Source of the DNA: a virus
Taxonomy: Duplodnaviria; Caudoviricetes
Virus record (IMG/VR): IMGVR_UViG_3300046779_000562
Span: 1 to 28,374 of that record
Length of the DNA stretch: 28,374 nucleotides
Strand: one strand, 5' to 3'
Positions within the stretch are counted from its first letter, which is position 1. Each line of letters begins with the position of its first letter. Below the pieces are notes generated by a model, which was not told the DNA's origin, searched no databases, and was given only the letters and a program-made list of their open reading frames with translations. This document shows, piece after piece, positions 14,988-23,748 of this stretch. A program made the translations under genes and the position numbers.

Positions 14988-17428
14988 CTTCTTCCTCCTC
15001 TTGAACCTGGTGAATTGCTGCCTGAGCCTCCACCAGAACTTCCTCCTCCACTTGAACCACCAGTTGATCCACCACTTGTTGCTGCACCAACAGCATTAAT
15101 TGCTGCTCCTGCTGCTACAACTGTAGCCACAACCATATCTGTTGCTTCTTCTCTTTCTGCTTCTGTCATATCTGCACCAATACTTCCAAGTGCTGCTAAT
15201 GCTGCTCCTGGATCAGTTAACGCTGCATTTAGTAATGCCCCTGGATTTTGAACTAATTCAACATTTGCTGCAACTTCAGCAGTAATTACAAGTGGATTAC
15301 CACTTTCATCTGTACGAACTTCAACAGGTGTTGATGGTGGTAGGTCTGCATATGAGACTCCAGATGCTTTTACTTCTGCTGCAGAGAGTGATTCTCCAGG
15401 CTTAAGGTTTTCTACTAACGCTGCTACTACGACTTCTTTTTGTTCTTCAGTTAATTCTTTACCATCTTTTGCTTCTTCAAGTATTTCATTTAACTTTTCT
15501 TCTTCTGCTTGGGCTTTTTCTTCTTCAGCCTTTGCCGCTTCTAATTCTGCTTCTTTTGCTTCAGCCTCTGCTTTAGCATCTTCTTCTGCTTGTCTAGCAG
15601 CCTCTGCCTCTGCTTCTTTTGCTGCTGCTTCAGCCTTTGCATCTTCCTCAGCCTGTCGTGCTGCTTCCGCTTCAGCCTCTAATCTTTCTGCTTCTGCTTT
15701 TGCATCTGCTTCTTGCTGTGCTTTAGCCTCTGCTTCTGCTTTGGCTGCTTCTTCTTCTGCAGCAATTCTATCTGCTTCTGCCTTTGCTGCTTCTTCCTGA
15801 GCCTTTGCCGCTGCTTCTTCTGCGGCTAATCTATCTGCTTCTGCTTTAGCAGCAGCCTCTTGTGCTGCTTTTGCATCTGCCGCTGCTTTCGCTGCTGCTG
15901 CTTCTGCGGCTCTAGCATTTGCTTCTGCGATTGCAGCCTGTCTTGCAGCCTCTGCTGCTAACGCTGCTTGTCTGGCTGCCTCCTCTTCTGCAAGAGTATT
16001 ATTAACCATTGTTTGTGCAACAACAACTGCTGCTTTCATTGCCTCAACTACTGGCTCAATTGAAGATACTGCAGCATCTAGTTCTGCTTCTGCATTATCT
16101 AATTCATTTTCCCAGTAAGCAACCTCTTGTGTTGCTTCTGCAAGATCTGATTGTGCTGCAGATAACTCAGCCTGTGCTGCATCTATTTCAGACTGTAAGG
16201 CATCCTCATCTGAAAGCAAGCCATTAAGAACTGCCTGTGATGCAGAAAGTGTTGCTTGTGCTGCAGAAAGATCTGCCTGTGCTGATGCTAAGGCATCTGC
16301 TAAATTTGTATCTGGTGGAAGAGGAGTATATGGAGTATAGCCAGTAATATCAATATGTGCAGAAAGATTTGTTGGAGTGCTACCAGTATTTTGTTGTATA
16401 ACAGATCCTGTTAGTTGATTATTAATCATTTGATTAACTTGAACTTGACCACTACCTGACTGACCCACTGAAGATACATCTGCTTTCCATGTTCCATCAA
16501 TTGGGTTCACATCAGCATCAAAGATAATATTAGTTAATTCTCCAGACCTAGTTCCATATGGTCTTACCATCCACTCAATCAATAAAGTATTTATTGTTGA
16601 TGAATATCTTAGATATGTATCTGAATCAACATTCCACCAATCACGGAAGTTAATGTAAACTGCTGGAGCATTTCCACCCCAACCTTGTAGTTGTCCAAAT
16701 GATATCAAACCATTTGTAGCAACATATACATCTGTATATTCTTGATCACCAAGTCTAAGGGCATATGGAAGAGTCATTCTGAATGCATAATCATCATCTT
16801 TAGGAAGATCTGTAGTCTGTGGATTACCAGCATTTTGAAGTGCTATTTGATCTTGAACTAAAGTCAAAGCCCCTTGCTCTGATGTTACTGTAGCGCTATC
16901 AGATAAAACTATTGCTGTTTGGCTATCAATTTGTCCAGATAAAACCGTCATGCTATCTACTAAAGTCTGTACTGTTTCTGATTCAGAAGCAACTATCTGA
17001 GCCATAGCAGTCTGTGTTTCTACTGCTTGAGCAAGAGAAGCCTCAACTGAAGTAACATTATTCACAGTTACAGTAGCACTATCTACTACTGCTTGAGCCT
17101 GTACTATAGAGGTCTGAGCCTGTGTGATAGTGGCTGTAATGGTCTCTGTAGGGCTTGTAATGGCTGTTGCTTGGGTTTCTATGACTGCCGTGGTAGATTC
17201 AGCCTGGGCTATTTCAGTTTGTGCTACCTCTATTGTGGCTGCTGAACTTTCAATTGTTACTGTTGATCCAGCAGATATAGTTGCTGTTGAAGTATCTGAT
17301 ATAGATACCTGTGATGTTACCTCATCTACTGCATGAGCAAGATCTGCAGGGCTAAAGATTAGCCAAAGACCCACTAAAAAAGCAATTACCCCACTCTTTA
17401 GTAGGAGATTTTTAATAGAGGGCCACAT
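14981..17428 (-). CDS. Large secreted/membrane-anchored coiled-coil surface protein with a nidogen(NIDO)-like globular domain
   Basis: Signal peptide (AHA-V); Thr/Ala-rich helical stalk; 'DDDYAFRMTLPY...YTDVYVATNGLISFG' is NIDO-like; TolA-like Ala/Glu/Lys repeats; C-terminal hydrophobic stretch, Gly/Ser linker and basic tail. Confidence 0.7.
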   Translation of the reverse strand: MWPSIKNLLLKSGVIAFLVGLWLIFSPADLAHAVDEVTSQVSISDTSTATISAGSTVTIESSAATIEVAQTEIAQAESTTAVIETQATAITSPTETITATITQAQTSIVQAQAVVDSATVTVNNVTSVEASLAQAVETQTAMAQIVASESETVQTLVDSMTVLSGQIDSQTAIVLSDSATVTSEQGALTLVQDQIALQNAGNPQTTDLPKDDDYAFRMTLPYALRLGDQEYTDVYVATNGLISFGQLQGWGGNAPAVYINFRDWWNVDSDTYLRYSSTINTLLIEWMVRPYGTRSGELTNIIFDADVNPIDGTWKADVSSVGQSGSGQVQVNQMINNQLTGSVIQQNTGSTPTNLSAHIDITGYTPYTPLPPDTNLADALASAQADLSAAQATLSASQAVLNGLLSDEDALQSEIDAAQAELSAAQSDLAEATQEVAYWENELDNAEAELDAAVSSIEPVVEAMKAAVVVAQTMVNNTLAEEEAARQAALAAEAARQAAIAEANARAAEAAAAKAAADAKAAQEAAAKAEADRLAAEEAAAKAQEEAAKAEADRIAAEEEAAKAEAEAKAQQEADAKAEAERLEAEAEAARQAEEDAKAEAAAKEAEAEAARQAEEDAKAEAEAKEAELEAAKAEEEKAQAEEEKLNEILEEAKDGKELTEEQKEVVVAALVENLKPGESLSAAEVKASGVSYADLPPSTPVEVRTDESGNPLVITAEVAANVELVQNPGALLNAALTDPGAALAALGSIGADMTEAEREEATDMVVATVVAAGAAINAVGAATSGGSTGGSSGGGSSGGGSGSNSPGSRGGRRW
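15495..15990 (-). repeat. Degenerate coding tandem repeats (Ala/Glu/Lys-rich)
   Basis: 'EAEAEAARQAEEDAKAEA' occurs twice and 'AAKAEADR(L/I)AAEE' twice; GCT/TCT-rich low-complexity DNA on the + strand. Boundaries approximate. Confidence 0.8.
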
Positions 17429-17451
17429 CCTTTCCGATGTTTAATAAACTT

Positions 17452-17460
17452 ATTATATCA
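17452..17460 (-). promoter_or_regulatory. Extended -10 promoter TGaTATAAT (815-aa surface protein)
   Basis: Lies just after the terminator; SD AAAGGA precedes GTG 17428. Confidence 0.75.
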
Positions 17461-17472
17461 TTTTTATGCAAC

Positions 17473-17500
17473 AAAAAAGGGAGCCAGTTTCCTGACTCCC
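17473..17500 (-). terminator. Intrinsic terminator after the S-layer-like gene
   Basis: GGGAGTCAG-GAAA-CTGGCTCCC-TTTTTT on the minus strand. Confidence 0.92.
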
Positions 17501-17516
17501 CTAATTGTTGGACTAA

Positions 17517-19229
17517 TTAAGCCTTAACCTTCTTTTGAATCTTTACGACCAAAGCGGTTAGCGCTGTTAGTTGCTTCTTAAGTGAAGCAATTAGTGTTGC
17601 AACTTGTGCAGAGAGTGCTGCTACTGCATCAACGGCTGCTTGAGCCTTTAGTGTTGCAGCATCTGCAGCCTTAGAAGCAGCAAGTGCTGCATCTGTAGCA
17701 GCCTGCGCTGCCTTTGCTGCATCTTCTGAAGCCTTTGTAGCAGCCTTTGCTGCTGCATTAGATACTTCGGCAGTTGCTGTTACTACAACCTGACCTGCTA
17801 CAGGAAGTGATGTACCACCTGTTGCTGTGATTGTAATAACATTTTCAGTCAAAGGCATAAATACCTTGTATGACTTTACTGTCTCTGTGTCAGTTGTAAC
17901 TGATGTTGATGTAAGAACATCTGATCCTGAACCAAATGCATATGATGAAGTGATTCCACCTGTTGCAAATAGGTTAGCATGTGTCTTTCCAGATACTGGT
18001 AGACCTGCTGCATCAAGAACCTGAACCTTGATAGTTGCTGCTTCTCCTGGAAGGTATGCAGCCTTATCAAATGACAACTTAACTGTTGCTGCTGCTGCCT
18101 CTACACGAGTAGCAACTGGAGCAGATACGATTGTGCCTGCTGAGTTCTTTACAGTAACTGCAACTCCGCCTGCCTTAACGCCAGTAAGAGTAAATACTGC
18201 TTCTCCGTTAACGATTGTTGCTGCTGTACCTGAATCAGATACTGTTGCTACATCGCTTGAGTAAGCATAAAGTGTTCCTGCTCCGACTGTTACGCCTGCA
18301 GCATCCTTTGCAACTGCCTTAACTGTGGTTGCATTTGAACCAACCGCAATAACAGACTTAACTGGAGTTGCTACGATTGTAGCGATATCTCCATAGAATG
18401 TTACCTGCTCTGTTGCAATAACTGCACCTGTAAGAGTTGTGAGAGTGATTGTTGATACTCCTGCTGTACCGTCAGCAAATACGCCGATATGGTTTCCTGT
18501 AGGAATTACAAGAGCACGACCAGTTGCTGACATTGTTGTAGCATTTGTGCCGTAGCCAATAAGACCTGAACCTGTTACGGTTGCAAGGATTGACTCAGTT
18601 GCTGATCCGCCTGCTGCATTCTTAGGTGTAACAACAATTACTGCTGCTGCATCTGTAGAAGTAGCCTTTGGTGCGTAAACTGAAGCATCTGCAGTTGCAG
18701 TTGTTACTTCGCCAGCATTGAGGATTGAAGTTGTTGTTGAAGCAGATGGAGTAATATCCGCTGCCTTAACTGTAACTGTCCATGCAACTGATGGACCAGT
18801 TGATGGGCGTGTTGTAATAATTCGTGCTTCGTATGTACCTGCAACTGTTGGTGCAACCAGTGCGACTGTGAACTTTGCAGTTACATATCCTGGTGTTCCA
18901 ACTGTTGAGTTAACATCAGCAGAAAGATTGCCTGCTGCAACTGCAACTGTAGCAGTTGTTGTTTCAAGCAATGTAAGTGTAGCGTTCTTTGCTGCACCTG
19001 TTGGCTGTGAGAACATAGCAGAAAGCACCGTTGCTGTATCTGCTGCTGTTTCTGAAATAAACGACAATGTTACTACTGCAGTAGCGGTTTCACCAGCAGT
19101 GATTGCATCTGTAGCAGAGTCAATCGTCAGTGTTGGACCGATTACAGCAGCACTTGTCGGAAGTGCTGATAGTACGCCAAAAGACATTGCTGCAGCAAGA
19201 CCTAGGGCGATTTTCTTAAATGAATTCAT
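17517..19229 (-). CDS. Secreted Ala/Thr/Val-rich Ig-like-repeat surface (S-layer-like) protein
   Basis: Sec signal 'MNSFKKIALGLAAAMSFGVLSALPTSAA'; beta-strand-rich Ig-like repeats; amphipathic basic C-terminal helix 'LIASLKKQLTALTALVVKIQKKVKA'; strong SD and own terminator. Confidence 0.75.
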   Translation of the reverse strand: MNSFKKIALGLAAAMSFGVLSALPTSAAVIGPTLTIDSATDAITAGETATAVVTLSFISETAADTATVLSAMFSQPTGAAKNATLTLLETTTATVAVAAGNLSADVNSTVGTPGYVTAKFTVALVAPTVAGTYEARIITTRPSTGPSVAWTVTVKAADITPSASTTTSILNAGEVTTATADASVYAPKATSTDAAAVIVVTPKNAAGGSATESILATVTGSGLIGYGTNATTMSATGRALVIPTGNHIGVFADGTAGVSTITLTTLTGAVIATEQVTFYGDIATIVATPVKSVIAVGSNATTVKAVAKDAAGVTVGAGTLYAYSSDVATVSDSGTAATIVNGEAVFTLTGVKAGGVAVTVKNSAGTIVSAPVATRVEAAAATVKLSFDKAAYLPGEAATIKVQVLDAAGLPVSGKTHANLFATGGITSSYAFGSGSDVLTSTSVTTDTETVKSYKVFMPLTENVITITATGGTSLPVAGQVVVTATAEVSNAAAKAATKASEDAAKAAQAATDAALAASKAADAATLKAQAAVDAVAALSAQVATLIASLKKQLTALTALVVKIQKKVKA

Positions 19230-19245
19230 TTTTCTCCTTGTTAGT

Positions 19246-21030
19246 TTACAATAAATTGAAGTTACCGAGATATTCCCGAACTTCTTCAGGCATTTCCCGA
19301 TTATCCAATTCTACCATACGGGCTTCTTTTTGTGCAAGTCGGGTTGCAGAACTCCACGTATGTACTTCTATCTCAGTATTATTAGTCTTTGGTGTATGAG
19401 ATATTGCACCAAAAACTGCTCCGCAAAGAGCATCTGCTAAGTCTTTAGATTTCTTACGGGGGTGATCTACACGATTACCCTTCATAATCTTTAACTCAGA
19501 CATTTCTTCCAGCAAGATTGGGATCATTGGCATAGCCACACGCTCCTCATAAATCATCATTGCTAAATCTTCGTAGTGTTTTTTGGCAACAGAAACAGTT
19601 TCAGTTCTTATTCCTACAGCCTGTAATTCATTCTGAATATCAAAAGATTGCCAACGGTCAAATGAAACCATGCCAAGATTAAAACCTTGTCTGCGTAAGT
19701 TCATAATCCATTGCTTAACTTCAGATAAATTAACAGGGCCTTCTGCTCTTGGTTCCCACCAAGCCACTGCATCTACTACTACAATAGGTGCTACTTGTTC
19801 ATAATCTTTGATTACCTGGATACTTACCCAGCGATCTACGTGAGCAATTGCTACCGCACACTTATCGTGCTTCTGTGCAAGGTCAGCATGAATATAATAA
19901 ATCTTATCTGGATCTGGTGTAAATGATTGGTCAAACCTTCTAAAATTATCTAGGGGATTTCTAAGGCTCATCACCTTTTCTAGTTTAGTTCTATCTTTAA
20001 AGAATGCATCAGAAGAATATGTAGGCATACAGGCAAAGCGCATCATTGCATCTGCTAGGTCGGTGTAGAATGCAATCTTAAAATCATCAATCTTTCTGGT
20101 AGGGTTTACTTCCCATGTAGGCTTCTTAAATGCCAAAACCTTTGGTATCTTATAAGAAAGAATTGTATCTTCATCCCAAGATATCTCAAACTGGTTACTT
20201 GGATCATCATGAGGCAAGTCCTCATTCATTATAAAAGTATACTTCTTTTCAACAGTTTCTTTTTCAGCAATAACGGCTTCGTATCTTTGGGAAATAAAGT
20301 CACCTTGATAACGGGGGAATGAAAGCAAAACAACCTTACCAAGGTCTGGAAAACGAGAATCTACAGTACCACGAAATGCTTTATAGATATTGTCAGCAGT
20401 CTTACCCTGTTCATTTCCAGTACCAACCTCAGATGCAAAACCAGAAATCTCATCAAGCACTGCCATAAACAAGTTCAAACCTTCGTGTGATTCACGTTCT
20501 GAGTGACCAGAGTAAACAGTTACAGACTTATCAAAATCAATTGAGTCTGCTTTAGCATTGTACTTTCCAGCAAACCAAGGTGAGCGTTCAATCTTGCTCT
20601 TAAAACCTTTAAAGAAAACGTTCTTAGCCTGTTGAGCGTTAATAGCCACGTTAATAATATCAATAGCATCTCCTGCAGGCTTACCGTAGTAAACTGCTGG
20701 GTCCTTTAAACATAGTAGTTTATACACTGTATATGCACAGGCTACTGTTGATACGAAGTCTTTTCCAGATCCCTTGCCAAGTTGCAGAATAATCTCATTC
20801 TTTGTATATTTGTTATAGTATCTTGCACCTTCAACAGCGCCATATAGTTCTTCAAGATCTTCTTTACGATAGATCTGACTCATTGCCTCAACAATATCGT
20901 ATTGAATTGGAGATAGTTGTGGCTGCCCTAGATATTCTGGAGACTCAACAAATGTCTTTGCGTCAACAGGTTTTTCAACAAAATGATTTTCTTTAAGTAC
21001 TTCAAAGAAATCATTGAACATCGTGGACAA
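19246..21030 (-). CDS. terL: Terminase large subunit
   Basis: Adenine-binding 'LSPIQ', Walker A 'GKGSGKD', Walker B 'AVLDE', coupling motif 'LSFP', nuclease 'IHADLA', 'SFDRWQS', 'DHP...SKDLADA'. Confidence 0.93.
   Translation of the reverse strand: MSTMFNDFFEVLKENHFVEKPVDAKTFVESPEYLGQPQLSPIQYDIVEAMSQIYRKEDLEELYGAVEGARYYNKYTKNEIILQLGKGSGKDFVSTVACAYTVYKLLCLKDPAVYYGKPAGDAIDIINVAINAQQAKNVFFKGFKSKIERSPWFAGKYNAKADSIDFDKSVTVYSGHSERESHEGLNLFMAVLDEISGFASEVGTGNEQGKTADNIYKAFRGTVDSRFPDLGKVVLLSFPRYQGDFISQRYEAVIAEKETVEKKYTFIMNEDLPHDDPSNQFEISWDEDTILSYKIPKVLAFKKPTWEVNPTRKIDDFKIAFYTDLADAMMRFACMPTYSSDAFFKDRTKLEKVMSLRNPLDNFRRFDQSFTPDPDKIYYIHADLAQKHDKCAVAIAHVDRWVSIQVIKDYEQVAPIVVVDAVAWWEPRAEGPVNLSEVKQWIMNLRRQGFNLGMVSFDRWQSFDIQNELQAVGIRTETVSVAKKHYEDLAMMIYEERVAMPMIPILLEEMSELKIMKGNRVDHPRKKSKDLADALCGAVFGAISHTPKTNNTEIEVHTWSSATRLAQKEARMVELDNREMPEEVREYLGNFNLL
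19308..19337 (-). promoter_or_regulatory. Promoter inside the 3' end of terL (TTGCAC-N18-TAGAAT with TGn extension) for the S-layer-like gene
   Basis: -35 at 19332-19337, TGG-TAGAAT at 19316-19308; the terL-to-S-layer intergenic gap is too short to hold a promoter. Confidence 0.55.
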
Positions 21031-21547
21031 CAGTAATCACTTCTCCTTCTTTGGCAATAGCCGAAAGTCGTTGCATGATAATATCACGAACTTCTGGATG
21101 AGATGATGCGATATCTCTTAGGATACCAACTAAGACTTCTTGTCTGCGTTCAATCTCAACCATTTCTTCTGCAAGTTCTTTATTCTCAAGAAGTCCAGCC
21201 TTCTGCAACATATCAATACGCTTGGACTCAATATCCATAACAAGTTTAATTGCAGCAGTTTTTGCGCTAAGATTATTTGTCATTGATGCTTCATCAATAA
21301 CTTCATATGACTTTGAAATAAGTTTTGTATAGTGTGTATCTGCACCAACTAAAGCCTCTTTAGCACGGGCACGGATTGCAGAATTATCTGAAGCCATAGC
21401 CTTCCACTCATTGATAAGTGAAACAACACGAGTACGTGGAATATCTAATTCTTTTGAAATTACTGTTGGGTCATTACCCTTTAGGTATTCACTAACAACA
21501 TTGTTTACCTGATCAAGATGTTTGACTAAATCTTCTTCAGTTGACAT
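21011..21547 (-). CDS. Probable terminase small subunit
   Basis: N-terminal HTH ('PTVISKELDIPRTRVVSLINEW'), helical oligomerisation region, overlaps the terL start. Confidence 0.6.
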   Translation of the reverse strand: MSTEEDLVKHLDQVNNVVSEYLKGNDPTVISKELDIPRTRVVSLINEWKAMASDNSAIRARAKEALVGADTHYTKLISKSYEVIDEASMTNNLSAKTAAIKLVMDIESKRIDMLQKAGLLENKELAEEMVEIERRQEVLVGILRDIASSHPEVRDIIMQRLSAIAKEGEVITVVHDVQ

Positions 21548-21779
21548 ACTTTCCCTCTAGTCTATTAATTTCATCTTTGATATAAAAGATAGCCTTCTCA
21601 AGGTCTTGAATAGTCTTAGACTCATCTTTAAGCCCTGCTCTCCAGAGATACTTAAAGGCATTACCAATATTAAAATTGCGATGACGAGTAATCTCAATAC
21701 ACTCAACCCCTGATGGGTCAGTTGTATAGTGTCTTGGGTGATTAACTTGATCTACCGTAATATTAAGATTATCACTCAT
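21537..21779 (-). CDS. DUF3310 (SaV-like) protein
   Basis: 'VNHPRHYT', 'ECIEI', 'GNAFKYLWRAGLK', 'DLEKAIFYI'. Start set at MSDNL. Confidence 0.88.
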   Translation of the reverse strand: MSDNLNITVDQVNHPRHYTTDPSGVECIEITRHRNFNIGNAFKYLWRAGLKDESKTIQDLEKAIFYIKDEINRLEGKYVN

Positions 21780-21900
21780 CAGACTCATCTTCTTCCCACT
21801 CAAATGCTTCTGGCAAACCTTTTAGCGCTGTAAGGACATATGTTAAACCAACGGCACCTGCAACGCCTAAACCAATTAAAACCTTTTGTGCTTTATTCAT
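21772..21900 (-). CDS. Small single-TM protein (42 aa; not in the ORF track)
   Basis: Hand translation MNKAQKVLIGLGVAGAVGLTYVLTALKGLPEAFEWEEDESDE; overlaps both neighbours. Confidence 0.7.
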   Translation of the reverse strand: MNKAQKVLIGLGVAGAVGLTYVLTALKGLPEAFEWEEDESDE

Positions 21901-22052
21901 CGTCGTGACTTCCTTAATCCAAATTTAGCAAGATAAACGTAGATTGTCTCTACGCTTGCCCCGCACTCTTTTGCGATATCTTCTGGACTTTTCTTGTCCA
22001 TTAGGTAACGCTTACGTAGCCAAACTTCGCTTGTATATAGTTTACCAGCCAT
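21897..22052 (-). CDS. Small helix-turn-helix DNA-binding protein (51 aa; not in the ORF track)
   Basis: Hand translation MAGKLYTSEVWLRKRYLMDKKSPEDIAKECGASVETIYVYLAKFGLRKSRR; 'SPEDIAKECGASVETIY' is a classic HTH. Confidence 0.82.
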   Translation of the reverse strand: MAGKLYTSEVWLRKRYLMDKKSPEDIAKECGASVETIYVYLAKFGLRKSRR

Positions 22053-22067
22053 GATGTTACTTGTCAA
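22039..22067 (-). promoter_or_regulatory. Promoter TTGACA-N17-TAAACT with TGn extension, straddling the HTH start codon
   Basis: -35 at 22062-22067, -10 at 22039-22044, preceded by TGG. Confidence 0.65.
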
Positions 22068-22653
22068 CCCCTATCGCTTTACCCCAATTACTAAGTGCCC
22101 AATGCCCAATACCGCAAGCATCTGCAACATCGTTATCAGTAATAGTTCTATCATAAATAGTATTTATAAACTTAATTGTTCTTTCTTTTCTAAGGTTTCT
22201 TTCATATGCCTTATACCAAGATACTGACTTGCCAGGATTTTGTGAGCGGATATATAGTTGTTCATCTTTAGATATCTTCTTGTTACCAATAAAGTTTTGC
22301 CAGGTAATAGGTGATACCTTGCCAACAGTTGTGATACCGCACATAGCAGCAGCACCAAGAAGCGCTCCTTGAACTAAAGCAAGATCTGCAGCAGTCTTTG
22401 GGCTATTCATAAAAACAGTATGCTCAATGATAATTGCATCAGCCTTCATAACAGTTTCAAAATAAGCCTTAGTTTTCTTTGCTGCATCTCCTACTTTATA
22501 ATATATATCCGAACCTTCAAAGTTAATCTTACCAACTTCCTTTAACTCTTCACCAGCAAAAACAGCAAAGGCAAGGCTATTAGTACTAGCATCAATAGCA
22601 CAAATTCTCTCAGGCTTAACTTCAAGACCCCACTTATTCTTGCTCATAGTCAA
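22057..22653 (-). CDS. RuvC-like Holliday junction resolvase
   Basis: 'CAIDAST', 'IIIEH', 'VSPITWQ', 'DNDVADACGI' carry the RNase H-fold acidic residues. Confidence 0.82.
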   Translation of the reverse strand: MTMSKNKWGLEVKPERICAIDASTNSLAFAVFAGEELKEVGKINFEGSDIYYKVGDAAKKTKAYFETVMKADAIIIEHTVFMNSPKTAADLALVQGALLGAAAMCGITTVGKVSPITWQNFIGNKKISKDEQLYIRSQNPGKSVSWYKAYERNLRKERTIKFINTIYDRTITDNDVADACGIGHWALSNWGKAIGVDK

Positions 22654-22924
22654 AAAATCCCTTTAACTCTTTTAACATTTTATCTACCGACTTCTTGCTA
22701 ACATTACAATTAGCGCAAAACCCTGAATCATTGTAGATAGAAAGTGGTGTATTGCAACCACCAAGGCAACGTCTATCTTTGCCTATTCTTTTCTGTCTAC
22801 GAGTGACGTGATATCTTTCTGCAATCTTATCTTTGGTTGCAGCATCTCTACACTCCGAACTACAGTAAATTTGGTAACTTACCTTTGGAGTAAAGTGATT
22901 ATCACATCTGTCACAAAGTTTCAA
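22634..22924 (-). CDS. Cys-rich zinc-finger protein
   Basis: CDRC...YCSSEC and CLGGC...CANC. Confidence 0.75.
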   Translation of the reverse strand: MKLCDRCDNHFTPKVSYQIYCSSECRDAATKDKIAERYHVTRRQKRIGKDRRCLGGCNTPLSIYNDSGFCANCNVSKKSVDKMLKELKGFFDYEQE

Positions 22925-23726
22925 TCAGCCCCTCCATGGATTTGATTTTAATAACTCCAGTGCCTGCTTCATCACATGCTGCCTTAATAGGACATGTTTT
23001 ACATATCTTTGAGTTAGCACGATAATTCTTTGTTGGAAGTGTACGATCAACCCAAGCCTTACGAACATCACGCATCCACTGGAATGCACCATCAATCCAT
23101 TGGCGATAGTAATCATCTACTTCAATTGGAAGGACTAGCAATTCATGGTTATTTTTATTTTCATAAATCAATACACCCTTTTTCTTACCAAGAATCTTCA
23201 TATAGATAAGTAACTGAATAAGGTGCCCAGTCTTAGGCTTCATAGAGTTCTTACGATACTCAAAGCCTTCGTTAAGCATTGTCTTGATTTCTCCGACAAT
23301 CTCTTCGCCTTCCCAATCAAGCATGGCATCGCCATATCCAAAGATCGGTGGATCATCATAACGAATCTTAAATTCTGTTGTTGGCTGATTATCGTCATCA
23401 CGATAAATCTTTGCAACTCCAGCGTTCATCATGGCATCCTGAATTCTTGCATGTGATAAAGTACCAGCAGTCATATTTGCTGCACCGTATGCATCTGCAT
23501 TATCTTCAAATGTAGCACCATCAAATGCAAGATACCAATAGCGTGGACATTCTCCATGGCTATAGGCAATTGTAGATGGAGCAAATGTCTTCTTAGTCTG
23601 GAACTTTGGACCACGATTAATCACATATCCAGACTTAATCTTTTCAATCAGTGCATCTGCATCTAGGATGCTACTCTTCTTAGAAACACTTTTAAGCATA
23701 ACTTGCTGTAATAAACTTTTCGTCAT
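22911..23726 (-). CDS. Cas4-like PD-(D/E)XK exonuclease (Fe-S)
   Basis: 'APS...ECPR', 'GTLSH', 'GYGD', 'EIKT', 'QLLIY', C-terminal 'CKTCPIKAAC'. Confidence 0.88.
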   Translation of the reverse strand: MTKSLLQQVMLKSVSKKSSILDADALIEKIKSGYVINRGPKFQTKKTFAPSTIAYSHGECPRYWYLAFDGATFEDNADAYGAANMTAGTLSHARIQDAMMNAGVAKIYRDDDNQPTTEFKIRYDDPPIFGYGDAMLDWEGEEIVGEIKTMLNEGFEYRKNSMKPKTGHLIQLLIYMKILGKKKGVLIYENKNNHELLVLPIEVDDYYRQWIDGAFQWMRDVRKAWVDRTLPTKNYRANSKICKTCPIKAACDEAGTGVIKIKSMEGLIETL

Positions 23727-23748
23727 TATAATCCCCTTGTTTTATATA

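Noticed and set aside
14893-15096. 67-aa minus-strand ORF from the track
   Set aside because: An alternative frame of the Gly/Ser tail of the 815-aa gene; the 59-aa ORF at 14808-14987 has a better SD and a sensible membrane-protein sequence.
15495-15990. Repeats as a CRISPR array, DGR repeat pair or tape-measure gene
   Set aside because: They are in-frame degenerate Ala/Glu/Lys coding repeats without unique spacers; there is no reverse transcriptase; the protein has a signal peptide.
17124-19254. Several + strand ORFs (17124, 17827, 18028, 18718) opposite the surface-protein genes
   Set aside because: Antisense shadows caused by Ala/Thr/Val codon bias, which leaves few reverse-strand stops; no recognisable domains.
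22911-23726. Cas4-like gene as part of a CRISPR-Cas system
   Set aside because: No repeat-spacer array or other cas genes in the window; its context is a phage replication/recombination operon.
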